Shown one piece after another: positions 28,483 through 38,615 of a DNA stretch of 64,000 nt. The notes beneath the pieces were generated by a model. That model was not told the origin of the DNA. It ran no database searches and worked only from the letters and a program-made list of their open reading frames with translations. The position numbers and the translations under genes are program-made. The DNA is taken from positions 23,258 to 87,257 of the forward strand of contig PBOA01000009.1 of the NCBI GenBank assembly GCA_002723415.1. The letters are read 5' to 3'. The stretch's first letter is position 1; every line of letters begins with the position of its first letter. The DNA is from Chloroflexota bacterium. GTDB lineage: Bacteria > Chloroflexota > Dehalococcoidia > Lucifugimonadales > GCA-002723415.

Positions 28483-29403
28483 TTATGATATCAAATCTAA
28501 TTTTTTTAACAAACTAGGAATCATGCTTTCTTCTTCTTGGGTTAAGCTTTTCAAAGGCCGGGATACGGTTTTATGTTTAATTACTCCCAAGAGTTTTAAC
28601 GCAGCCTTAATTCCTGAAAATGTGGAAGCTGAAGAACTGCGTCCTGTTGAAAAAGAAAGGATTTTTTGTGCTATAGCAATTTTAGAATTAGCTTCGTGAA
28701 TTTCTTTAGAGTTGTTTTTTTCTCCAGAATCCCAGCCGGAAGAACAAATTGCAGGAATCAAATTTGCTATGCCTGGAATTGCACCGTGTATGTTTAGGTT
28801 TGAAGTTGATGTAATTCTATAAGTCGTTCCAATAAACCTAAGCAAGGATAATGATTTAGATTTACACAAATAATTTAATTGAGCAAGGTTTTCACCGTGT
28901 CCGGAAGAATCTTTAACTCCTTCTATTAAATTTTCTTCAGATAAATTTGCAATGGTTGAAGGGCTAACTGTAGATTTAACATTTTGAGGAATATTGTATA
29001 CCCATATATTTTGGCCAAGTTGGGAAGAAATATGCCTATAATGGTCTAATATTTCTTCTTGTGAACAGTCATAGTAATAAGGAGGAGTGCAGGCTAATCC
29101 ATCTAAGTTAAGGTTTTGTATATATTTACCTAGATTTATAGATGTTTTAGTGCTGGCACATGATATGTTTGCTATTATTGGTACTTTGTTGTTGACTTCT
29201 GAACAAACTGTTTCTATGGATTCAATTCTAGTCTTTTCGTCCAAATTTGCGAATTCCCCAGTTGTTCCTGAAACCCATAATCCGTGTACGCCATTGTCTA
29301 AAAGATACCGAACTAATGATTTTAAAGAATCTTTATCTAAAGTTTCGTCTGGATTTAAGGGGGTAATGATTGGGACTACTATTCCTTGCATGTTTTTTAT
29401 CAT
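28483..29403 (-). CDS. DapA/NAL-family class I aldolase (probably not a true DHDPS)
   Basis: GTTGEF, YNIP, Schiff-base GVKDSSG; lacks the DHDPS Arg after YNxP. Confidence 0.85.
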   Translation of the reverse strand: MIKNMQGIVVPIITPLNPDETLDKDSLKSLVRYLLDNGVHGLWVSGTTGEFANLDEKTRIESIETVCSEVNNKVPIIANISCASTKTSINLGKYIQNLNLDGLACTPPYYYDCSQEEILDHYRHISSQLGQNIWVYNIPQNVKSTVSPSTIANLSEENLIEGVKDSSGHGENLAQLNYLCKSKSLSLLRFIGTTYRITSTSNLNIHGAIPGIANLIPAICSSGWDSGEKNNSKEIHEANSKIAIAQKILSFSTGRSSSASTFSGIKAALKLLGVIKHKTVSRPLKSLTQEEESMIPSLLKKLDLIS

Positions 29404-29434
29404 TTTAACTCCTTGTTTAAGATATAATCACATA

Positions 29435-32272
29435 TTATTTAAGCATGTTTTTTAAATATTTTCCTGTAAACGATTTTTTAACTAATGATATAGATTCAGG
29501 GGTGCCTTCAGCTACCAATTCTCCTCCATCTTCACCTGCTCCTGGCCCTAGGTCAATTATCCAGTCTGCATTCTTAATCAGATCTAAATGGTGTTCTATT
29601 ACTATAACAGTATTTCCATATGAAACTAATCTTTGTAAAACATTAATCAATTGAGAGCAATCTTGAAAAGATAATCCTGTAGTTGGTTCGTCTAGTATAT
29701 AAAGTGTTTTTCCAGTAGATTTTTTTGACAATTCTGTTGAAAGTTTAATTCTTTGGGCTTCGCCTCCACTTAGTTGAGTGGCTGGTTGGCCTAGCTGGAT
29801 ATATCCTAGTCCTACATCAATCATTGTTTCTAGTTTGGAACGAATTTTTGGAATTTTATAAAAAAAACTGTGAGCTTCGGTAACGGTCATATTTAAAATT
29901 TCAGATATGTTTTTATTTTTAAATGTTACCTCAAGCGCTTCACGGTTATATCTTATTCCATTACAAACTTCACAGGGAACAGTAACATCAGGCAAAAATT
30001 GCATTTCAATTTTTTTGTAGCCATCTCCGGAACACGTTTCACACCTACCTCCTTTGACATTGAAAGAAAATCTTCCTGGTTTATACCCTCTAATTTTTGC
30101 CTCTGGCATACTTGCAAACAGCTCTCTTATATAAGTAAATGTTCCAGTATAAGTGGCTGGATTACTTCTGGGTGTTCGTCCAATTGGTGATTGAGTAACA
30201 TTGACTATTTTATCAATGTGGTTTTGAAAGTCTACCCCTTTATTTTTTCCAGGTCTAATTTTTGATCTATTAAATTTTTGAGAAAGAGTTTTATAAAGTA
30301 TTTCATTTACTAAAGTACTTTTCCCGGAACCTGAAACTCCCGTAACACAAACAAGTAACCCTAATGGAATTTCGATTGTAATGTTCTTTAAGTTATTTTC
30401 ATAAGCTTCATTAATAACTATTTTTTTACCATTTCCCTTTCTTCTTGTTAAAGGGGTGGCTATTTCTAAAGCTCCACTTAAATATTGTCCAGTGAGTGAC
30501 TTTTTAGAAGATAGAAGTGATTTTAAGCTTCCTGAAAATATAATGGTTCCGCCATCTTTTCCTGCCCCCGGGCCTAGGTCAATTATCCAGTCTGCAGATC
30601 TGATGATTGCTTCATCGTGTTCAACAATAATTACAGTGTTTCCTAAAACTTTTAATCTATTTAAGGTGTTAATTAATAAATTTCCATCAGCTGGGTGTAG
30701 GCCTATAGAAGGTTCGTCGCAAACATATATTACGCCAGTTAAACCTGATCCAATTTGTGTAGCTAGCCGTATTCTCTGAGCTTCTCCTCCGCTTAACGAT
30801 GATGCCGGTCTAGATAAAGTAATATAATGAAGGCCAATATTTAGCAGAAACTGGATTCTTAGTTGAATTTCCTCTAAAATTTTGTCAGCAATAGCTAGCT
30901 GTTGAATATTTAAATGAACACTAGAATTCTTAGACTTTATAGATTTAAACCATTTGTTTAGTTCTTTTACAGTTTTTGAACTGATATCCATAATGTTTAA
31001 GCCGCATATTTTAACAGAAAGAGATTCAGGACGTAATCTATAGCTTTTACATCCGTGACAAGGCAAGGATGTCATATAATTCTCAATCCAAAGTCTTACA
31101 TTTGACGAAGTTGTTTCTTTATATCTTCTTTCCAAATTATTTATAAATCCTTCAAAATATCTTCCAAAGCCACGTTTTTTTCTTTTAGTTTTAAAGGAAG
31201 GTGTAATAAATTCTCCATAAAAAAGCATTTTAATTACATCTTTTGACATCGATTGGAAAGGAACATCTTTATCAATATCGTAGTAGTTTGATAATGAATT
31301 AATTACATTTACAAACCATTTGTTTGTAAACCTACCTGTATTCCACGGCTCAATTGCTCCTTGTTTAATTGATAAATCCGGATTTGGAACAATAAGATCT
31401 GGGTCTACTACAAGTTTATAGCCTAATCCATCACATAAACTACATGCTCCATGAGGACTATTAAAGCTAAAATTCCTAGGTTCAACCTTGCCTATACTAA
31501 TATTGCATTTAATACATGCAAAATTTTCGGAAAATAAAATATCTTTCATTCCTGATATTGATACCAATACTAGGCCTCCCGATATTTGGGCTGCAGTTTC
31601 AATAGACTCAGTCAGCCTGCCCATGTCTATATCTTTAGATATAATTAAACGATCAACTACAATTTCAACATCATGATATTTATTTTTTTCTAAGTTTATA
31701 GGATTTGACAGGTCTAAGGTTTCTCTATTTACTCTTACTCTTACAAATCCAGATTTTGAAGCATAATCAAAAATATTTTTATGTTCTCCTTTTTTGCGAA
31801 TTATCACAGGAGATAATATTTGAATTCGACTATTATTTGGAATAGAGTTAATAGCATCAGCTATTTGCTCAATACTTTGTTGTTCTACAAGGTTCCCGCA
31901 TTTATAACAATGTATATCTCCAATTCTTGAAAACAGAAGTCTTAGGTAATCATAAATCTCTGTGACAGTTCCAACTGTTGATCTTGGGTTATGGGATGTT
32001 GTTTTTTGATCAATCGATATTGTTGGAGATAATCCTGAAATATTGTCTACATCTGGTTTATCAAGTTTTCCAAGAAATTGTCTTGCGTAAGAAGACAAAG
32101 ATTCCACATATCTCCTTTGTCCTTCAGCGTAAATAGTGTCAAAAGCTAAAGTGCTCTTTCCTGAACCTGATACGCCAGTAATTACTACTAGCTTGTTTTT
32201 TGGTATAGCAATATCAATATTTTTTAAATTATGTTCTCTGGCACCGCGTATGATTATTTTTTTTAGTTGCAT
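29435..32272 (-). CDS. uvrA: Excinuclease ABC subunit A
   Basis: Two ABC cassettes (GVSGSGKS, LSGGEAQR), zinc fingers, RSNPATYTG. Confidence 0.98.
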   Translation of the reverse strand: MQLKKIIIRGAREHNLKNIDIAIPKNKLVVITGVSGSGKSTLAFDTIYAEGQRRYVESLSSYARQFLGKLDKPDVDNISGLSPTISIDQKTTSHNPRSTVGTVTEIYDYLRLLFSRIGDIHCYKCGNLVEQQSIEQIADAINSIPNNSRIQILSPVIIRKKGEHKNIFDYASKSGFVRVRVNRETLDLSNPINLEKNKYHDVEIVVDRLIISKDIDMGRLTESIETAAQISGGLVLVSISGMKDILFSENFACIKCNISIGKVEPRNFSFNSPHGACSLCDGLGYKLVVDPDLIVPNPDLSIKQGAIEPWNTGRFTNKWFVNVINSLSNYYDIDKDVPFQSMSKDVIKMLFYGEFITPSFKTKRKKRGFGRYFEGFINNLERRYKETTSSNVRLWIENYMTSLPCHGCKSYRLRPESLSVKICGLNIMDISSKTVKELNKWFKSIKSKNSSVHLNIQQLAIADKILEEIQLRIQFLLNIGLHYITLSRPASSLSGGEAQRIRLATQIGSGLTGVIYVCDEPSIGLHPADGNLLINTLNRLKVLGNTVIIVEHDEAIIRSADWIIDLGPGAGKDGGTIIFSGSLKSLLSSKKSLTGQYLSGALEIATPLTRRKGNGKKIVINEAYENNLKNITIEIPLGLLVCVTGVSGSGKSTLVNEILYKTLSQKFNRSKIRPGKNKGVDFQNHIDKIVNVTQSPIGRTPRSNPATYTGTFTYIRELFASMPEAKIRGYKPGRFSFNVKGGRCETCSGDGYKKIEMQFLPDVTVPCEVCNGIRYNREALEVTFKNKNISEILNMTVTEAHSFFYKIPKIRSKLETMIDVGLGYIQLGQPATQLSGGEAQRIKLSTELSKKSTGKTLYILDEPTTGLSFQDCSQLINVLQRLVSYGNTVIVIEHHLDLIKNADWIIDLGPGAGEDGGELVAEGTPESISLVKKSFTGKYLKNMLK

Positions 32273-32319
32273 TTTTATCTCAAATTATTGATATATTTTA
32301 TGGCTAATTTTTAGTTATA

Positions 32320-33189
32320 TTAAAACTTCAATTTGTTATTTTCTACATAGTTTCGAATAAGATCAATATCATTTTCAGAACCTACTATAATTTTTTTAGA
32401 CCACTGTTTTAGTTTATTAGATTCAATATTTTTCTGCCAATCATTAATTAATTGTTTTTCAACAATTAATTTTTTAGGGGATAGAAATTTTTTCAACCCT
32501 GAATTTTTTTTTATACTAAAAATTTTTTTGTTATTTTCATATGCTAATAAATGCCCAGAGGCAACATCCCATAATTTTGGATTAAAAAAGACAGCATAAT
32601 CGAGTATTCCTAGGCAAACTAAGGCCATTTCATAAGCAATGCTTCCTGTGACTCTAATGTTTCCTAAATTTACATTTGATGAAAAATTACCCGGTAAAGC
32701 AATTAATGCATCTTTTTTAGTTTTTGATTTTTTTATTAATTTACTATTTACAAATAATCCACTGTTTTTGTAAGCATGTAATATAATTCCTTGATCATTA
32801 TTTGGCCAAGGTATAAATATTGACCCAGCAATAGGCGTCCCTTTATATAGGATTCCAATTGAAGAAGCAAATATTGGAAGTCCGTTTATAAAATTTTTTG
32901 TTCCATCAATCGGATCTATAACCCACATGAACTCAGAAAAATTCTCAGATTGATGGGGAGTATTTTCTTCAGCAAGAATTCTATGTTCTGGGAATTCCTT
33001 TTTTATTTTTTGAATTAATTTATTTTGAATTTCTATGTCAACTGAGCTTACAGGGTCATCTATATCTTTATATTTGATATCAACATTTTTCCCAAAGTTG
33101 TTATTAAGAATATTTCCAGCAATTTCTGCTAATTCTTTAGTGAAAGAACCTAATTTGATTAAATATTTTTTGTCTATTTCATTATCCAA
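32320..33189 (-). CDS. Second inositol monophosphatase family protein
   Basis: LAEE, WVIDPIDGTKNF, GSIAY, LWDVASG; TTG start. Confidence 0.88.
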   Translation of the reverse strand: MDNEIDKKYLIKLGSFTKELAEIAGNILNNNFGKNVDIKYKDIDDPVSSVDIEIQNKLIQKIKKEFPEHRILAEENTPHQSENFSEFMWVIDPIDGTKNFINGLPIFASSIGILYKGTPIAGSIFIPWPNNDQGIILHAYKNSGLFVNSKLIKKSKTKKDALIALPGNFSSNVNLGNIRVTGSIAYEMALVCLGILDYAVFFNPKLWDVASGHLLAYENNKKIFSIKKNSGLKKFLSPKKLIVEKQLINDWQKNIESNKLKQWSKKIIVGSENDIDLIRNYVENNKLKF

Positions 33190-33209
33190 AATTTAATCCT
33201 TCAGTGTTG

Positions 33210-33992
33210 CTAGATAAATTTTTTTGATTTTTCCCATAGCAGTTCTTGCTCATTTTTATTAAGGTTACTAAAATTTTTATTTTCTTTATTACTTAGTTTC
33301 TCCATAATTTCAAATCTTTTTATAAATTTATGATTTGATTTTCTTAAAGCAATTTCACTGTCTATTCCGATCCATCTTGCAATGTTCACAAGAGTAAATA
33401 GTAAGTCGCCAAATTCAATTTCTTGTTCTTCAGGGTTGGCGGATTCTTTAATTTCGGTCAATTCTTCATTAATTTTAGGTAAAATATCTTCGAATTTTTT
33501 CCAATCAAAATTGGCGAAAGAGGCACGTTTTTGAATTAATTGTGCTAAGGTTAATGAAGGCAGGGATTGTGGAATGCCTGCTAAAAGGGATTTATTTTGA
33601 GAGTTTATTTTTTCTTCCTTTTTAATAGTTTCCCATTTGGATTCAGGGGATTCATTTATGTATTTTTTAGAAGATGAAAAGATTTCTGGGTGGCGATTTA
33701 CTAGTTTGTCAATAATACCTTTAAAAACATCTTCTTTTTTAAATAATTTTTTATCTTCAATTAGTTTAATTTGAAAAATTATAAGAAACAATAAATCGCC
33801 TACTTCTTCTAATAAATTTTTATAGTTTTGATCATTTATTGCGTCAATAATTTCATAGGTTTCTTCTAATAAATATGTTCTTAATGATTTAATTGTTTGA
33901 GTTTTGTCCCATTCACAGCCTGTGGGAGATGTTAATTTAAGAATTAGTGAAAATAACCCGTTGAATGTATATGAAAAATTATGTTTTGGCAT
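33210..33992 (-). CDS. mazG: Nucleoside triphosphate pyrophosphohydrolase MazG (tandem domain)
   Basis: CEWDKTQT, LEETYE, EEVGDLL, EFGDLLF, KFIKRF. Confidence 0.95.
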   Translation of the reverse strand: MPKHNFSYTFNGLFSLILKLTSPTGCEWDKTQTIKSLRTYLLEETYEIIDAINDQNYKNLLEEVGDLLFLIIFQIKLIEDKKLFKKEDVFKGIIDKLVNRHPEIFSSSKKYINESPESKWETIKKEEKINSQNKSLLAGIPQSLPSLTLAQLIQKRASFANFDWKKFEDILPKINEELTEIKESANPEEQEIEFGDLLFTLVNIARWIGIDSEIALRKSNHKFIKRFEIMEKLSNKENKNFSNLNKNEQELLWEKSKKFI

Positions 33993-34090
33993 TTTTATCC
34001 TAAATTTTTGTTTGACTAAATGTTAATACTAGGTTTTATTTATATAATGAGAAAAAAAATCATTAAATTTATTAACTGTTTCTAATTATT

Positions 34091-34816
34091 ATGTTTTTAA
34101 ATATTAATATATTTAAAATATTTATCCAAATATTGATAATAATATCTGTTTTCATATTATTAATAACTACAAACGTAAAATTAGTTATTAATAATATGAA
34201 ATTTTATGATTATGAATTTTCCAAATATGAAATTTCAAAGAAAACTGGAATTGATCAAAAAGAATTGATATCTGTAGCCAAACAAATCAAAGATTATTTT
34301 AACAATGATGAAAAATTTTTAAAAGTAAGTATATGGAAAAACAATGTAAAAATAGAAAATTTGTTTAATTCTAAAGAAATTTTGCATATGGTAGATGTGA
34401 AAAAACTAATTAGGTTGGTTTATATTTTTCAATCAATTTCATTTATTTTTTTAATTAGTTATTTATTAATAGGTTTTTATTTATTAAAAACTAAGATTTT
34501 TTTAATTTTTAATAAACTTTTATTTATAAGTTCTATAACAATTATAATAATTATTATTACTGTCGGCTTAATTTCTTTTATTGGTTTTGAAAAAGTCTTT
34601 TTAATATTTCATCAAATAAGCTTTACAAATGATTTATGGCAACTTAATCCTAGAAAAGATTATTTGATTGCAATATTTCCGGAGGGATTCTTTTTTGAAA
34701 CTACAATGTTGATAGCTTTTTTAACTTTAATTGAGTGTCTATTTATTTTTTGTATAACTAAGCTTTTAAAAAATTCGAGCAATTATGCTAAGCTAAATAA
34801 AGTAATGTTAATTTAG
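34091..34816 (+). CDS. DUF1461/TIGR01906 integral membrane protein; Lit-like lipoprotein intramolecular transacylase
   Basis: Four hydrophobic helices; EILHMVDVK and [11 protein letters not shown]...FPEGFF motifs. Confidence 0.75.
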   Translation: MFLNINIFKIFIQILIIISVFILLITTNVKLVINNMKFYDYEFSKYEISKKTGIDQKELISVAKQIKDYFNNDEKFLKVSIWKNNVKIENLFNSKEILHMVDVKKLIRLVYIFQSISFIFLISYLLIGFYLLKTKIFLIFNKLLFISSITIIIIIITVGLISFIGFEKVFLIFHQISFTNDLWQLNPRKDYLIAIFPEGFFFETTMLIAFLTLIECLFIFCITKLLKNSSNYAKLNKVMLI

Positions 34817-34827
34817 GAGTTGGCAAT

Positions 34828-36024
34828 ATGATAAACACTAATCGCCCAGATAAAGATGGGCATTTTGGAGAATATGGTGGAAAATTTGTTCCTGAAACTC
34901 TGATGGGTGCATTAGAAGAGCTAGATATAAAATATAAGGAGATTAAAGATAATAATGATTTTCAAAAGAAATTAATTGATTTAAATGCAAATTTTGCTGG
35001 CAGGCCAACACCATTATACTATGCAAAAAACCTTTCTAATAAATTGGGGGGAGCAAAAATATATTTAAAACGGGAAGATCTTGCTCATACTGGAGCTCAT
35101 AAAATTAATAATGCGTTAGGACAAGGATTACTCGCAAGTTACATTGGTAAAAATAGAGTTATTGCTGAGACTGGCGCAGGGCAACATGGAGTTGCTACAG
35201 CAACTGTAAGTGCAATGCTTAACCAAGAATGTATTATTTATATGGGAGAAGAAGACATTAAACGCCAATCATTGAATGTTTTTCGCATGCGTTTACTTGG
35301 GGCAAAAGTTGAAGCTGTTACTTCTGGAAGTAAAACATTAAAAGATGCTATTAATGAATGTATTAGAGATTGGGTTACGAATGTAGAAAACACTCATTAT
35401 AGTATTGGTAGTGTAGTTGGACCGCACCCATATCCTATGATGGTTAGAGATTTTCAATCTGTTATTGGGCATGAAGCCAAAAAACAAATTTTATCAATTG
35501 CTGATACTTTGCCAAATTATATTGTTGCTTGTGTTGGAGGTGGAAGTAATGCTATTGGTATATTTAACGAATTTATAGAAGACGATGTTGTTTTGATAGG
35601 TGTTGAGGCTGGTGGAGTTGGCAATGGCTCTGATAAACATGCAGCTACTTTATCTAATGGAAAAATAGGAGTTTTGCATGGTAGTAAGTCTTATTTGCTT
35701 CAAGATGAAAATGGGCAAATAAGTGAAACTTATAGTGTTTCTGCTGGACTTGATTATCCCGGAGTAGGGCCTGAACACAGTTATTTGATGGATCAAGGTA
35801 GGGCTAAATATACAAGCGTATCAGATGATGAGGCTATAAAGGGGCTTAAATTGTTGTCTGAAACTGAAGGAATAATAGCTGCGCTAGAGACAGCGCATGC
35901 TATTTATTATGCCCAAGAGTTAGCAAAAAGCTTGCCAAAAGATGAAAAAATAATTGTTTGTTTAAGCGGAAGGGGAGATAAAGATATGAATACAATTGCA
36001 GAAAGAGAAGGATTTAAAAAATAA
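34828..36024 (+). CDS. trpB: Tryptophan synthase beta chain (TrpB1 type)
   Basis: [16 protein letters not shown] (PLP lysine), [19 protein letters not shown]. Confidence 0.97.
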   Translation: MINTNRPDKDGHFGEYGGKFVPETLMGALEELDIKYKEIKDNNDFQKKLIDLNANFAGRPTPLYYAKNLSNKLGGAKIYLKREDLAHTGAHKINNALGQGLLASYIGKNRVIAETGAGQHGVATATVSAMLNQECIIYMGEEDIKRQSLNVFRMRLLGAKVEAVTSGSKTLKDAINECIRDWVTNVENTHYSIGSVVGPHPYPMMVRDFQSVIGHEAKKQILSIADTLPNYIVACVGGGSNAIGIFNEFIEDDVVLIGVEAGGVGNGSDKHAATLSNGKIGVLHGSKSYLLQDENGQISETYSVSAGLDYPGVGPEHSYLMDQGRAKYTSVSDDEAIKGLKLLSETEGIIAALETAHAIYYAQELAKSLPKDEKIIVCLSGRGDKDMNTIAEREGFKK

Positions 36025-36050
36025 AAAACCTTTTTTACGTGTTAAAGGGT

Positions 36051-36079
36051 TTGACCTTATATTAATGTGAATTTATAAT
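36051..36079 (+). promoter_or_regulatory. Sigma70 promoter of purF-purM-purH
   Basis: TTGACC (36051-36056), 17-nt spacer, TATAAT (36074-36079). Confidence 0.75.
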
Positions 36080-36118
36080 GCGATAGTTGTTCGTATATAT
36101 TCTTATATAAAGGAATTT

Positions 36119-37534
36119 ATGATATTTCAAAAAGATGTTCCAAGAGAAGAATGTGGTGTTGTAGGTGTTTACTCTAACAATGCTGAATCAATATCTAAAG
36201 AAATATTTTTTGGTCTTTATGCATTACAACATAGAGGGCAAGAAAGTGCTGGTATTTGCACCAGTGATGGTGAATCATTTTACATTCACAAAGGAATGGG
36301 TCTTGTCGCGCAAGTTTTTAAAGAATCAACTTTTGGAAAATTAAAAGGTAATGTTGGAATAGGTCATACACGATATTCAACTACAGGTTCAAGCAGAATT
36401 GAAAATGCTCAGCCTTTTTTGATTGATGGCAAACAAATCGATATTGCTTTGGCTCATAATGGAAATGTCATTAATTCTAATGAGTTGAAAAAAGAAATAA
36501 TTAACTCGGGACATCATTTGTCATCTTCTTCTGATTCTGAAATAATTGCACATCTAATTTCTTATGCACCTGCATTATCTTGGCAAGATAGAATTGCTTA
36601 TTGTATGAGAAAAATACAAGGAGCATACTCATTGGTGTTAATGAGTAAAAATGAATTAATAGGAATAAGAGATCCGTTAGGAGTTAGGCCTTTATGTATT
36701 GGGAAAAAAGAAAATGAATGGGTTATTGCTTCTTAAACTTGTGCATTAGATCATATGGGGGCAGAATTTGTGCGCGAGGTAAAACCAGGAGAGGCTGTTT
36801 TAATTAATCAAAATGGAATTAATTCTATTTACCAAAAAGAAAAAAATGATTTTCTTGGGACTTGTGTGTTTGAACATATATATTTTGCCCGCCCTGATAG
36901 TAAAATAAACGGAACTTTACTATATAAAAATAGAATGGCCATGGGGTCGGAACTTGCAAAAGAATTTCCTGTAGAAGCGGATATGGTGATTGGAGTTCCT
37001 GATTCAGCAACTGCAGCAGCAGTTGGGTATTCTCAAGAGTCGGGTATACCTTTTGGAGAAGGTTTAGTTAAAAACAGGTATGTAGGAAGAACTTTTATCA
37101 TTCCTGACCAGATTCTCAGAGATGCTGGTGTAAGATGGAAGCTTAATCTTCTTTCTGAATTAATTGAAGGAAAAAAAATAGTTGTTGTTGATGATAGTAT
37201 TGTCAGGGGTACTACAACCCCGCATGTTGTTAATTTGTTAAAAAAAGGAGGGGCAAAAGAAATTCATTTTCGAATTTGTGCTCCACCAATTATATCCCCA
37301 TGTCATTTTGGTGTAGATATGGCAACGAAGAGCGAACTACTTGCTGCGAACATGGATATTGAGGAGATACGTCAGTTTATTGGAGCAGATTCTCTGGGGT
37401 ATTTAAGTCATGATGGGCTTATAAAAGCAGTTAACTCTTCTAGAGATAATTTGTGCCTGGGTTGTTTTACTGGTAATTATCCAATTCCTGTTCAGCTTGA
37501 AATGGATAAATTAATTCTTGAGACAGAAAGTTGA
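36119..37534 (+). pseudogene. purF: Amidophosphoribosyltransferase interrupted by one in-frame TAA (36734-36736); true pseudogene or base error
   Basis: Propeptide + CGVVG, QHRGQ, GHTRYST; reads VIAS*TCALD where homologues have ASETCA; the same frame continues through CVFEHIYF, VDDSIVRGTT, CLGCF. Confidence 0.85.
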
Positions 37535-37590
37535 ATTTTGTGTATTTTATAGCTTTATAGCTTAAATGGTAAATTTTAAGAGGCGCGATT

Positions 37591-38604
37591 TTGAACGACA
37601 AAACATATAAAAAAGCTGGTGTAGATTTAGACCTTGCGGCAAAAATTAAGAAAAGTATAAGTAATCCTATAATTTCAACTCATAATAAACAGGTGTTAAA
37701 TGGTCTAGGGTCATTTGGGTCTATGTTTGAATTAAAAGGATTTAACCAGCCAATTATTGTTTCAAGTACTGACGGGGTTGGAACTAAATTAAAGTTGGCT
37801 ATCGAATTAGATTGTTATGATTTTATTGGCGTAGATTTAGTTAATGCTTGTGTTAACGATATTGTTGTTTGTGGAGCAAAGCCATTATTCTTTTTAGATT
37901 ATATTGCAGTTAATAAATTAGATAATTTTGTAATAAATAAGCTTATTTCAGGAATGTCAAAAGCTTGTATCAATGTGGGTTGTGCATTAATAGGAGGAGA
38001 AACTGCTCAAATGCCAGGAATTTATAAAAATAAAGATTTTGATATGGCAGGATTTGTAGTTGGGGCAGTGGAAAAAGCCCAGGTTTTAAATCCTTTGGAT
38101 GTCAAGGAGCAGGATGTTATAATAGGGCTTTCTTCTGAAGGTTTGCATACTAATGGATATTCATTAGTTAGGCATGCTTTATCTATTGATGAAAATCCTC
38201 AAATCCTCAATAAATTCTACAGTGATTTAGGGTCAACATTAGGAGCAGCTCTGTTAAAACCTCACATAAGTTATGTTGAATCAATTTTATCAGTTTTACC
38301 ATATATTAAATCAGCAGCTCATATTACAGGAGGAGGATTAATTGAAAACATTCCTAGGGCTTTTTCATCTGACCTTGCTGCATATATTGATCTTTCTGCA
38401 TGGGATGTTTTATCAATTTTTAATATTATTCAAGCCGAAGGAAACATTGCAGAAGAGGAAATGTATAAAGTTTTCAATATGGGTTTGGGTATGATTGTTA
38501 TTTGTGACAAGAAAATGGAAGACAATGTATTATCTTCCATTTCGGGATCATTTAAAATTGGTTATATTTCAAAAAGAATCGGCGAAAGCCAAGTTATATT
38601 TTAA
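37591..38604 (+). CDS. purM: Phosphoribosylformylglycinamidine cyclo-ligase
   Basis: YKKAGVD, TDGVGTK, GGETAQMPG, GLHTNGYS, AHITGGG. Confidence 0.97.
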   Translation: MNDKTYKKAGVDLDLAAKIKKSISNPIISTHNKQVLNGLGSFGSMFELKGFNQPIIVSSTDGVGTKLKLAIELDCYDFIGVDLVNACVNDIVVCGAKPLFFLDYIAVNKLDNFVINKLISGMSKACINVGCALIGGETAQMPGIYKNKDFDMAGFVVGAVEKAQVLNPLDVKEQDVIIGLSSEGLHTNGYSLVRHALSIDENPQILNKFYSDLGSTLGAALLKPHISYVESILSVLPYIKSAAHITGGGLIENIPRAFSSDLAAYIDLSAWDVLSIFNIIQAEGNIAEEEMYKVFNMGLGMIVICDKKMEDNVLSSISGSFKIGYISKRIGESQVIF

Positions 38605-38615
38605 ATGGAGATGTA

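Noticed and set aside
36026-36052. AAACCTTTT/AAAGGGTTT hairpin after trpB as an intrinsic terminator
   Set aside because: AT-rich weak stem, no U-tract on the + strand, and it overlaps the purF -35 element
36083-36100. PurBox-like CGAAC sequence in the purF leader
   Set aside because: Single copy with mismatches, and no Bacillus-type PurR in the window; no ZTP or purine riboswitch fits the short leader
36734-36736. Stop-codon reassignment (TAA read as Glu/Gln) as the explanation for purF
   Set aside because: TAA terminates many other genes at their expected C-termini, and no other gene shows an internal stop
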